DNA from: Minisyncoccota bacterium
GTDB lineage: Bacteria; Patescibacteriota; Minisyncoccia; UBA6257; JAVHQB01
Length of the DNA stretch: 64,000 nucleotides
Direction: 5' to 3'
Assembly: GCA_036170905.1 (NCBI GenBank)
Contig: JAVHQB010000093.1
Coordinates: 123-64,122, forward strand
Shown here piece after piece: positions 39,334 to 48,360 of this stretch (positions are counted from its first letter, which is position 1; each line of letters opens with the position of its first letter). The translations under genes and the position numbers were made by a program. The notes under the pieces were generated by a model. That model did not search any database. It saw nothing but the letters and a program-made list of their open reading frames with translations, and was not told where the DNA came from.

Positions 39334-40405
39334 TTAATTCCCTTTCATATTTATTCATTAGATTCAGGCGCCTCAGATTATCAATTGTTGTAACCTGCTT
39401 AGCAATCATAGCGCAATAACCACAAACCTGACAAGATTTCAAACTGCAATCTTCTTTCATGAAATATTCTAAAAAACCATCCAATTTTTGGTTGTCGATA
39501 TATATACCGGACTCATCCTCTGACTTATCAAAAAAAAGATCTATCAGATTACCTTCGTAACGCCTAAAACTATAGGCTTTTAGTGTTTTCATTACACCTG
39601 CGGTATTCATGTTCTGATTAGCGATTTTTATACGCTTGATCCCCAGTTCTTCATAATAGTGTAAATCTTCCGGCCTTATCCAGCCGGAACGTATAAACTC
39701 AGTAGGTTCTTTTATCTTTATATAATTACATTTCGCTAAACAATAATCAATTGTGCCTTTTTGCCGGTAATTAGAAGTCTGGGAAAAATGTGAATGTACC
39801 GCGGCATGATATGTCCAAAATGGGCATTCATTTAAACAAGAAAGGTTAGCAATTAATTCTAACTGGCATCTTATATCCTCCCGAATCTTACGCAATAATG
39901 TAAAATTACGGGTAATCCCAGATACTGCCGATAAAGTTATCCTGTCTGCGCCTAAATCATCCCAATATCTAGCCCTTTCCAGAGAATCTACTCCACCCAG
40001 CATTGATACATAAACCTTTAACTCGGGGTAATTATATTTTATGAATTCCAACAAATACGGGATAGAAACACTAACAGCATAGACATTATTTTCGACAAGC
40101 CATTCCAGTAGCTTTCTTAATCTTTTTTGCCCGGAAATGGTCAGTTCCTGATTCCCTATACAAGTAGTATCCAATAAATAATTAAATTTTAGTCCTTTAT
40201 GATAAACTTTTTTAAGATAGGATATAAACTGTGACTTAGAAAATCCGGAAGGCGCAGTTGAAAAACATCCCTGGCCAATACCATCTTGATCAAGGCTGCC
40301 ATAAAATTCATCAACTTGAGCCGTATCTACTGCATCTAACAGGTCAAGCTGCCAATTAGCAGAAATACTAAATTTTGTCATTATGTTTTTGCCTCCCGGC
40401 ATCAT
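39311..40405 (-). CDS. Peptidase-U32-family-like protein (paralog); overlaps the upstream paralog by 23 nt, so the two may form a heterodimer
   Basis: VYAVSVSIPYLL...VYVSMLGGVDS...LGADRITLS...LELIANLSCLNECPF. Confidence 0.45.
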   Translation of the reverse strand: MMPGGKNIMTKFSISANWQLDLLDAVDTAQVDEFYGSLDQDGIGQGCFSTAPSGFSKSQFISYLKKVYHKGLKFNYLLDTTCIGNQELTISGQKRLRKLLEWLVENNVYAVSVSIPYLLEFIKYNYPELKVYVSMLGGVDSLERARYWDDLGADRITLSAVSGITRNFTLLRKIREDIRCQLELIANLSCLNECPFWTYHAAVHSHFSQTSNYRQKGTIDYCLAKCNYIKIKEPTEFIRSGWIRPEDLHYYEELGIKRIKIANQNMNTAGVMKTLKAYSFRRYEGNLIDLFFDKSEDESGIYIDNQKLDGFLEYFMKEDCSLKSCQVCGYCAMIAKQVTTIDNLRRLNLMNKYERELNEVVSAF

Positions 40406-41957
40406 ATATGTTTATTGTAGGATGATATAATGGGCTATACATAAAAGAAGGAACCGGCTTGCGTATGCGAGGCTTAAATTGCTTGATCAGTAAAAATCTT
40501 TGATCTATAAAATCATAGAGCGGTTGTACATCCTGCGGCCTATCTTTAGTACTGTTAATAATAATAAAATCAAAATTATTTTTATCAAGTAGCTCCTGGT
40601 AATCTGTTTTCTTGTGCCATTTGATAATCTCTATATTATAAGGAGCTTCCATCAAACCCAGGAAACTAAAAGGATAATCATCGCCAAATCCGTCCATAAG
40701 AAGCCTGTTTTTAAAAGAAATGTTGTTGCGCATCCAGTCTTGCGCCAAGATTCTGGTATCCTTCTGATTAATCCAGCGGATATAATAAATAGAACTACAA
40801 AGGGTGGGTAAAATAAAGCCTAGAATGATTAAGCAAATAACTCCAAATCTGATTTTTTCAAGTGGTTTGATTCGGCTGATAGTATTTACACAGACCCTTA
40901 AAAATTGAGCTGCTAATAACAAAATAAATGGAATAATTGGTAACAAATAAAGCGCAGGGCTGTTTCTAAATCTCCCCATGATGAGGTAATAAGTCAGGGG
41001 AAATGATAAAATTAAAATATCTTTTTTTGAGTGGCGCCAAATGCTTAAAATAAATCCGCAGATTGATAAAATAAATACCCCGCTGCCTAAAATATTAAAG
41101 AGCACGTATGGATAGTGAACCCACCCCTGTTTATTTGCCATCGGATTAAAATAGAATCCCACTGTGTGCATATTAAACTCACTCTTAAAAGTTTTCAAAA
41201 AATTTATAAAATCTAATATTATAAAAGGGTTGAAAATTAAAAATGTTAAACAAGCAAAAAATAGCGCCAAAAATAGATTCCTATTTATAAAATACGCTTT
41301 ATTTTTTAGGTTTAAGAAATGGACCAGTAGAAAAGGCATTATGATTAAAATTGCATTATATTTAGTCGCTGTCGCCAAACCTATAAACAAACCTATTAAT
41401 ATATAATCAACTTTTCTAGTTTGGTCATTATTGTATAACTTACAAATAAATAAAAAATCCACCAAAATCAGTAATGACATTAACATATCCGGTTTAAGGA
41501 CAAAAGACCAGGCGATATACATAGGATCTATTGCTAATAATAAAGCAGCAATAAGACCCGTATAAGAATCAAAGAGTTTTTTCCCTATAGCATAAAAAAG
41601 AATAATGTTGAATACACCAAAAATAGCAATCAGAGTTCTACCTATCAGTATATAACTAAAAAATGGGCCTAGGTTTGACATATTTGCTACGTAAGGCAAA
41701 ATGAATAATTTAAAAAAAGTAAATATGGGCAGCAATATATAATATATGAGACCAGGATATACAAAATCGTGAGGATTCAGATCAGAAATGTTTAAATTCA
41801 AAACAATAGTATTAACTAAGCCTTCGTCAATAGAAATAAAATGAGGCAGGCCATTAAAAACATTGGGAATTCTCAAAACAACTCCTAAGATAACAATACA
41901 AAATAAAACCCACTTTATATTTTTCTCTTCTTTTATTTTAATTAAAGGCATATTCAA
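40368..41957 (-). CDS. GT-C-fold glycosyltransferase, ArnT/PMT-like
   Basis: Polytopic. FISIDEGLV is a DE motif in loop 1. LLAIDPMYIAWSF... is typical of the PMT_2/ArnT family. Confidence 0.6.
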   Translation of the reverse strand: MNMPLIKIKEEKNIKWVLFCIVILGVVLRIPNVFNGLPHFISIDEGLVNTIVLNLNISDLNPHDFVYPGLIYYILLPIFTFFKLFILPYVANMSNLGPFFSYILIGRTLIAIFGVFNIILFYAIGKKLFDSYTGLIAALLLAIDPMYIAWSFVLKPDMLMSLLILVDFLFICKLYNNDQTRKVDYILIGLFIGLATATKYNAILIIMPFLLVHFLNLKNKAYFINRNLFLALFFACLTFLIFNPFIILDFINFLKTFKSEFNMHTVGFYFNPMANKQGWVHYPYVLFNILGSGVFILSICGFILSIWRHSKKDILILSFPLTYYLIMGRFRNSPALYLLPIIPFILLLAAQFLRVCVNTISRIKPLEKIRFGVICLIILGFILPTLCSSIYYIRWINQKDTRILAQDWMRNNISFKNRLLMDGFGDDYPFSFLGLMEAPYNIEIIKWHKKTDYQELLDKNNFDFIIINSTKDRPQDVQPLYDFIDQRFLLIKQFKPRIRKPVPSFMYSPLYHPTINIYDAGRQKHNDKI

Positions 41958-43359
41958 ATAATTTTGCTCCCATTTGTATTTTTTTCCTTAATTCTTTTAG
42001 AGAACCTAAACTAAACAGCTTTTTTAAAAAATACTGCGGACGAAAATAAAAACGCCTATAAGCATATTTCAAAAACCAATATAACTCTTTCTCTGAGAGA
42101 TGTTCTTCCCAAAAATAAAGGTTAGTTTCAACATTTGGCTGCTTTGCAAATTCGCTCCAAAAATCATTTTTAAAAATATTCCCTTTCAATCCCATTTTAT
42201 ATAACTCTGTGTCAGGAAATGGCATAGTTATAGAAAAGTGGGTATAATCCGGATTCAATCTGATTGCAAAATCAATTGTTTCTAATATTTGGCTCCTCGT
42301 CTCTGTTGGAGATCCGATCATGAAATAAGCCAAAGTTTCAATCCCCGCTTCCTTTGCCGCCCTGAAAGCCTCTTGGACTTGGTTAAGAGTAATTTTTTTA
42401 TTCAATACAGAAAGTATCTGTGAAGTTCCTGCTTCGACACCAAATTGAATCCTCTCGCAACCTGCTTCTTTGAGTCTCCTAAACATAGAAATATTCACAA
42501 TATCTACTCTTGTCCTGATGCTCCAGCGAATTTTTAATTTACGCTTTATAATATCATTGCAAATATCAAATGTTCTTTTTTCATCCAATGTAAATACCTC
42601 ATCATAAAAAAATATATCTTTTATACCTAAGTTTGAACACTCTTCCATTTCAGAAACAACATTGCCACTGCTGCGAAATCGGATGCCTTTCCCCATATGC
42701 CCATGATAACAGAATATACAATTATACGAACACCCTCTACTGGAAATCATGGTAGTCGAAATATGACCGCTAGTTAATATATTACGATAACGTTCAAGGG
42801 GAATAATTTTACGATCTGGAAAAGGGAGAATATCTAAATTATGGATAACTTCAGGCGGAGTTGTTTTCATTACTTTCAACCCCTCTCTATAAACAATCCC
42901 TTTTATATTACTCAAGCTAATCTTCTTCTCTAACGCATTAACCAACATAGAAAAAGTAATTTCTCCTTCTCCAAGGATGAGAGAATCAATGTTATTATTA
43001 AGCATAGTTTCATCAGGGTATATATTTACATGCGGCCCCCCCAGAGTAATATGAATATTTGAATCAATTTCTTTAACTTTCCGCGCTATCAAAAACACAT
43101 CCAACAAATTAAATGTATTAGTATGCAACCCAATAATATCAGGTTTATTTTCTATAATCTTATTTTCCAACTGAAACACATCGATATTTTCTGCTTCCAT
43201 ATCCAAAACAGTCACCATATGCCTAGATTCATTTTTCAAAAAAGCAGCTATATAAAGAATACCCAGCGAAGGGAATAACACAGCTTCTTTATCGATTTCA
43301 TCGGGAAAATTAGATTTAATTACTTGTCTATGCCGAGGATTGATAAGTAAAATTTTCAT
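41938..43359 (-). CDS. B12-binding-domain radical SAM enzyme
   Basis: N-terminus MKILLINPRH...PSLGILYIAA. SSRGCSYNCIFC is the CxxxCxxC motif. Confidence 0.7.
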   Translation of the reverse strand: MKILLINPRHRQVIKSNFPDEIDKEAVLFPSLGILYIAAFLKNESRHMVTVLDMEAENIDVFQLENKIIENKPDIIGLHTNTFNLLDVFLIARKVKEIDSNIHITLGGPHVNIYPDETMLNNNIDSLILGEGEITFSMLVNALEKKISLSNIKGIVYREGLKVMKTTPPEVIHNLDILPFPDRKIIPLERYRNILTSGHISTTMISSRGCSYNCIFCYHGHMGKGIRFRSSGNVVSEMEECSNLGIKDIFFYDEVFTLDEKRTFDICNDIIKRKLKIRWSIRTRVDIVNISMFRRLKEAGCERIQFGVEAGTSQILSVLNKKITLNQVQEAFRAAKEAGIETLAYFMIGSPTETRSQILETIDFAIRLNPDYTHFSITMPFPDTELYKMGLKGNIFKNDFWSEFAKQPNVETNLYFWEEHLSEKELYWFLKYAYRRFYFRPQYFLKKLFSLGSLKELRKKIQMGAKLFEYAFN

Positions 43360-43393
43360 TGATTCCAGAAGTATGAAAAAATCATTTTGATAA

Positions 43394-44818
43394 TCATGAG
43401 GTCATTCCTATATTGATTTTAATCAAAATCAAAAGTGCCGAAAATAATCTTTTGAATTCTGCCAGAGATTTTATTTTCCTAATATGGCGGAGGATTGTTT
43501 TAGGATGAAAATAGAAAATGCGATAAGCCCTACGCTGTACGCCCTTTAATTTTCCGAGACTTTGATACGCCTGGGGAATAAAAACTTGTCCTCTGAAATC
43601 AAATTGCGAATAATCCCACTCCCTAGTTAATCTTCCCAAAGACTGGAATTGTTCATGATCTTCATGCCATTTAGCTATAAAAAACTGAGCATAACAAAGA
43701 CCTAGCTGAACTGCAAATTTGGCAGAGTTAATAACATCTACGGGGCGTTCATTAGGAAGACCTATAAGAAACGATCCGGTTGTCTCAATGCCGGATTCAC
43801 GAGCACATTTTATAGCTTTTTTAACCTGTTCAATAGTAATCCCCTTATCTATCGTCTCTAGTAAAAACTGAGAGCTGCTTTCAATACCAAAAAGAATATT
43901 CCAACATCCAGCAAGTTTCATAATATTAAGCGCTTCCTTATTTACATTATCAACCCTAGCTAAACATGACCAGCGAAACGCAAGCTTCCTGTTTTTAATT
44001 TCTTGATAAAACCTGTTCAGCCATTTTATATCAGTATTAAAATTACTATCATGAAATTGTACTTCTGAATAGTTATTTTTTTTAATTGCGTATTCTATTT
44101 CCGAGACTATATTCTCCGGCGATCTAGATCGGTAAGGGGAAGAAGCGACCACAGAAATTTCTTCGCAAAAAACACAGCGATTCCAGAAACATCCTCTTGT
44201 CGTAGTAATAGGATAGGCCTTAGATATTTTATATCTATGGGGGAAAAAATAATACCGATCCAAATCTATTAAATGCCAGGCAGGAGGCAAAAGACGATCA
44301 AGATTATCTATTATCCTGGGTACACCAGTAATAGAAAAATTTCCGGTAGCCTGCTTGCGCATTAAGCCTTGTATACGATTAGAATCCTCTTTTTTATCAA
44401 TATGTTGAGCCAACTCAACCATTATTTCTTCGGGATCGCCAAGAAGTACATAGTCAACGTCTGGTGCTCCGGCTATCAAAGTATCAATAATACCTTTTTT
44501 CCCTATTCCGAAAACACATACGGGAATCTCTGGAAAATATTTTTTCAGAAAATTAATGAGCTTAATATCTATTGCAATGGGAGGACATCGGCTTACGTCG
44601 GCCGGACATAATCCTATCAGGGAAGGGCGCGCTTGCCGAACGAAATCTCCTATTTCAGTAAGATTTGCTCCCTCAAGAAAAGCATCGTAAGCCTTTACTT
44701 TAAAACCAGCATTTTCAAGAGACGCGGCAACAGATAACATGATATACGGCGGATAGCGCGGGTAGAGCTTTCTTTTATTTTCTAAAAAAAGCGGCGGGAC
44801 AATAAGCAATATATCCAT
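43394..44818 (-). CDS. B12-binding-domain radical SAM enzyme with a non-canonical Cx4Cx2C cluster motif
   Basis: N-terminus MDILLIVPPLFL...PPYIMLSVAA. TTRGCFWNRCVFC places four residues between the first two cysteines; checked by reverse-complementing 44165-44194. Confidence 0.6.
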   Translation of the reverse strand: MDILLIVPPLFLENKRKLYPRYPPYIMLSVAASLENAGFKVKAYDAFLEGANLTEIGDFVRQARPSLIGLCPADVSRCPPIAIDIKLINFLKKYFPEIPVCVFGIGKKGIIDTLIAGAPDVDYVLLGDPEEIMVELAQHIDKKEDSNRIQGLMRKQATGNFSITGVPRIIDNLDRLLPPAWHLIDLDRYYFFPHRYKISKAYPITTTRGCFWNRCVFCEEISVVASSPYRSRSPENIVSEIEYAIKKNNYSEVQFHDSNFNTDIKWLNRFYQEIKNRKLAFRWSCLARVDNVNKEALNIMKLAGCWNILFGIESSSQFLLETIDKGITIEQVKKAIKCARESGIETTGSFLIGLPNERPVDVINSAKFAVQLGLCYAQFFIAKWHEDHEQFQSLGRLTREWDYSQFDFRGQVFIPQAYQSLGKLKGVQRRAYRIFYFHPKTILRHIRKIKSLAEFKRLFSALLILIKINIGMTS

Positions 44819-44911
44819 AAATTATCAGAATAGATTTCGTTACAAATCTTTAATACAATAATTATACCCTCACAAAGCTTTGGGAGTCAATATAAATAAA
44901 ACTATGCAATC

Positions 44912-44940
44912 TTCCTAAACATAAGTAAGTGTGATATAAT
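44912..44940 (+). promoter_or_regulatory. Candidate sigma70-type promoter (extended -10, TGaTATAAT) for the plus-strand deacetylase/carbamoyltransferase pair
   Basis: tgaTATAAT at 44932-44940. A weak -35 (ttccta) lies 17 bp upstream. It sits in the 225-bp divergent intergenic region, about 100 nt before the ATG at 45044. Confidence 0.25.
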
Positions 44941-45043
44941 CGACTTTGTCAATATAGCTTCGAGCCTTCTTAAAAAATAAATATGGAATCAGGGTTTTAG
45001 ATTTATTTACCTAATGGAATATCGCACAAAATTTTTATAAAAT

Positions 45044-45892
45044 ATGGGTAAACTTTTCGAACCAGTCAATGCTTTATCAATAGACCTTGAAGAATGGTAT
45101 CAGACAGAATTAATGAAAGATGTGTATACTCCAAAAGATAGTTTAATAGAACATCCTACTGAAATATTGTTGAATATTTTGAATAAGTATAATACTAGGG
45201 CAACTTTTTTTATAGTGGGAGAGGTCGCAAAAAATAATCCAGAATTAATTAAGCTGATCCACAGAGAAAAACACGAAATAGCTATTCATGGCTTTACCCA
45301 TTCCAGGCTAGAGGATATTGGCCCCGAAGGATTCCGGCATGAATTAATGGAATGTAAAAATGTTTTAAGGAAAATTCTTGGAGATATAGAAATAAAAGGT
45401 TTCCGGGCGCCAAGCTTTTCTTTAAATCAGAATACGAATTGGGCCATAGATATATTAAAAGAATTTCAAATAAAATATGACTCAAGCCTTTTTCCTGCAA
45501 AGAATTATCTTTATGGCACTAATGGAATACCTCTGAATATATACGGAATAAACAGCGATAATATAAAGGTTGCTGACGTAAAAAGTTCCTTGAAAGAATT
45601 CCCTATAACTGCTTTCGAATTCTGGAGGTTCAGATTTCCCATTTCAGGCGGTTTCTTTTTAAGACTAATCCCCATTCGCATACAAACAATGTTTTTAAAA
45701 TTGATTAACAAGCAACGACCTTTTATAATATACATTCATCCCTGGGAGTGTTCACAAGATACGCCCAAAATTAAATTAAACTGCTTTTCTAGCTTCATAT
45801 TTTATTACAACATAAAATCTAGCCTTAGCAAGCTGGAAATTTTGTTAAAAAATTTTAAATTTGACCGAATCGATAATGTTCTAGGAGTATAG
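45044..45892 (+). CDS. Polysaccharide deacetylase (CE4 / NodB-homology domain)
   Basis: HEIAIHGFTH is a His-His metal motif. The NodB-type layout is present, including RATFFIVGE. Confidence 0.65.
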   Translation: MGKLFEPVNALSIDLEEWYQTELMKDVYTPKDSLIEHPTEILLNILNKYNTRATFFIVGEVAKNNPELIKLIHREKHEIAIHGFTHSRLEDIGPEGFRHELMECKNVLRKILGDIEIKGFRAPSFSLNQNTNWAIDILKEFQIKYDSSLFPAKNYLYGTNGIPLNIYGINSDNIKVADVKSSLKEFPITAFEFWRFRFPISGGFFLRLIPIRIQTMFLKLINKQRPFIIYIHPWECSQDTPKIKLNCFSSFIFYYNIKSSLSKLEILLKNFKFDRIDNVLGV

Positions 45893-45894
45893 TT

Positions 45895-47616
45895 ATGAAT
45901 ATTCTGGGGATTACGGGCCTAGGAGTAGACCCGGCTGCCTGCCTCACACAAGATGGGAAATTAATAGCCATGGCAGAAGAAGAACGTTTTAATCGAACCA
46001 AGGGTTCATTTGGCCTTCTCCCTGAGAGAGCCACGCGATTTTGCCTTGATTATGGAAAACTTTCTCTAGATGATATCGATTATATCGTCTTTCCCTGGGA
46101 TACTTATCGATATAAATTCTATATGCCGTATTTTTTCTTGCATACTTACTTACGACGATCACCTAAGTTTCAAACCGATACATTCATCCCAAAATTAACG
46201 GAACTATTAAAATATCAGCCTGCCAATATTAAAAACACAATAATAACTATGCTGCGTAAAGCAGGAATCAGAGGAAAAGTCCCTCCGATTGAATTCGTTC
46301 CACATCACCTGGCCCATGCCGCAAACACTTTTTATTGTTCGGGTTTTGATCAAGCTTACATACTTGTCATCGATGGCAGTGGTGAAGATAAATGCACAAC
46401 TATTTTTAAAGGTGACGGACTAGAAATTAAAGAAAAAAAATGTTTTAAAATCCCCGATTCACTCGGATGGTTTTACCAAAGCATAACTGAGTTTCTCGGT
46501 TTCCTACCAAATAAAGATGAAGGCAAAACAATGGCCCTTGCCTCATACGGTAAATACAACCAAGAGATATATTCCAAATTTAAAAAGATGATTTCTTTTA
46601 ATGAGAGAGGCAATTACAAATATAACGCCAGCTATAGTTTTTTAGGCAAACATATCCAGGGCACAGTCTATAGTGAAAAAATGGTCAAATTACTTAAAAA
46701 TTCCCGTTATTATTCTGAGGCAATCCAACAGGTGCATAAAGATATTGCTTTAGCAGCGCAAGAAATACTAGAAAAAATAGTAATTTCAATCGTAAAAAAC
46801 ATAACTAACTTTTCTGATTATAATAAAAAACTTTGCATAGCAGGTGGCGTAGGCCTGAATTGCAAAATGAATGGGGTAATTGCGGCTTTAGACTGCGTTG
46901 AAAATATATTTATCCCCCCGACTAGCAATGACGCCGGTACCGCTTTAGGCGCAGCGCTATATTTTTCCAAAGAAATGGGTTATAACCCTAAGCTTAAAAT
47001 GGAGCATGCTTATTGGGGACCTGAATTTTCGAATGAACAAATTGAAAAACTGCTTAATAGATTGAATATAAAATTTGAAAAAGACCCAGAAATCGAAATA
47101 ACCACAGCTAAATTGCTTTCTAGAGACAAGATAGTAGGCTGGTTTCAGAACCGGATGGAAATTGGCCCAAGGGCATTAGGTGCAAGGTCTATTTTAGCAA
47201 ATCCCACAAAAGACTGGATGAAAAACAAAATAAATACTATTAAAAACAGGGAACTTTGGAGGCCTTTTGCCCCGTCTTTGTTATATGAAGCCAGGCATGA
47301 ATATTTACTTAAACCTAAAGAATCTCCTTTTATGGCCTTGGCATTTGAAGTCTCAAAGGGAATAAAAGAAAAAATCCCTGCTGTTGTCCACCTAGATAAT
47401 TCTACCCGGCCGCATTTGGTAAAAAAAGATGGGAACCCAAAATATTGGAAACTTATAAATGAATTCGGGAAAATTTCAGGAATACCTGTCCTTCTTAATA
47501 CTTCATTTAATGTGCAAGGAAAGCCTATTGTGTGTACGCCTGAAGATGCCCTGAAGACATTCTACGCCACGGAATTAGATTATCTGGCTATGGGAGATTT
47601 TTTGATAAATAAATAG
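45895..47616 (+). CDS. Carbamoyltransferase (NodU/CmcH/TobZ family)
   Basis: MNILGITGLGVDPAACL...EEERFNRTKG. 573 aa, typical family length. A C-terminal YrdC/Kae1-like domain is present. Confidence 0.8.
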   Translation: MNILGITGLGVDPAACLTQDGKLIAMAEEERFNRTKGSFGLLPERATRFCLDYGKLSLDDIDYIVFPWDTYRYKFYMPYFFLHTYLRRSPKFQTDTFIPKLTELLKYQPANIKNTIITMLRKAGIRGKVPPIEFVPHHLAHAANTFYCSGFDQAYILVIDGSGEDKCTTIFKGDGLEIKEKKCFKIPDSLGWFYQSITEFLGFLPNKDEGKTMALASYGKYNQEIYSKFKKMISFNERGNYKYNASYSFLGKHIQGTVYSEKMVKLLKNSRYYSEAIQQVHKDIALAAQEILEKIVISIVKNITNFSDYNKKLCIAGGVGLNCKMNGVIAALDCVENIFIPPTSNDAGTALGAALYFSKEMGYNPKLKMEHAYWGPEFSNEQIEKLLNRLNIKFEKDPEIEITTAKLLSRDKIVGWFQNRMEIGPRALGARSILANPTKDWMKNKINTIKNRELWRPFAPSLLYEARHEYLLKPKESPFMALAFEVSKGIKEKIPAVVHLDNSTRPHLVKKDGNPKYWKLINEFGKISGIPVLLNTSFNVQGKPIVCTPEDALKTFYATELDYLAMGDFLINK

Positions 47617-47667
47617 CGGGCGCCAAAAGTAAATATGCCTAAATCTTTTATTTTTTTAGCGCAAGTA

Positions 47668-48360
47668 TTATCTTGTGCAATTAATATCTGAGATATCTGA
47701 TGCGCCTATATCTATGTCTTGGCAATATGGTGGTTCTGTGTTGCCTAACCTAAAAAAACAAATTATTGAAGGCCCTAGATTGACAGGAACAGCTATTTCA
47801 TAATACGCCGAATCACCTGAGTAATTAACGGTTGTTTCAGCAGTAACAGGACAAGAATCTCCGATATATTTTATCTTTTTTTGATCTTCTAGGGTACTAA
47901 TACTAACATAGATCAATCCCTTATAATCTGGGGAAAGAATATTTCCAGAAACCTTAACCGTAGCCTGTTCGTAATTATCCATGACTGTCTTTCTTTTCTC
48001 TAAAGATAAATAGACTTTTTCCTTATTTACTCTACCAGTTACTATCTTATTACTTACTGCTTCATATACTTTGTTTTCTGGAGTGATGCCGCTAGCATTT
48101 AACACTATTTGACAGGACCGGGGAACATTAAAAACATGACGCACCCAATATTCCTTGTTTTCTCTTTTTAGTTTGAAAGTCTTGGTATCTATTTGATTAC
48201 CTGCCGCATCCAAAACAAAGCAATCGATCCGAACAGAATCTATACTATTTTCTGAACATAGAACTGACACCTCAATAGCAACTTCTTTTGACTGCTTACT
48301 ACAACCAAAAATTAAACTTAATATTACCAGTAGTATTGCCATGCTTCTCTTACTATTCAT
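47668..48360 (-). CDS. Lipoprotein of unknown function; paralog of 34422-35135
   Basis: Signal peptide with a lipobox (LIFGCSK). Shares the ...T[VI]K[VL]SG[NK]ILS..YK.G.I.V.I.S.E block with 34422-35135. Confidence 0.5.
   Translation of the reverse strand: MNSKRSMAILLVILSLIFGCSKQSKEVAIEVSVLCSENSIDSVRIDCFVLDAAGNQIDTKTFKLKRENKEYWVRHVFNVPRSCQIVLNASGITPENKVYEAVSNKIVTGRVNKEKVYLSLEKRKTVMDNYEQATVKVSGNILSPDYKGLIYVSISTLEDQKKIKYIGDSCPVTAETTVNYSGDSAYYEIAVPVNLGPSIICFFRLGNTEPPYCQDIDIGASDISDINCTR

Noticed and set aside
47617-47667. Convergent-terminator hairpin between the carbamoyltransferase (+) and the lipoprotein (-) genes
   Set aside because: The only palindromic element there is the short gcgggcgcc. 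There is no convincing GC-rich stem followed by a T-run on either strand.
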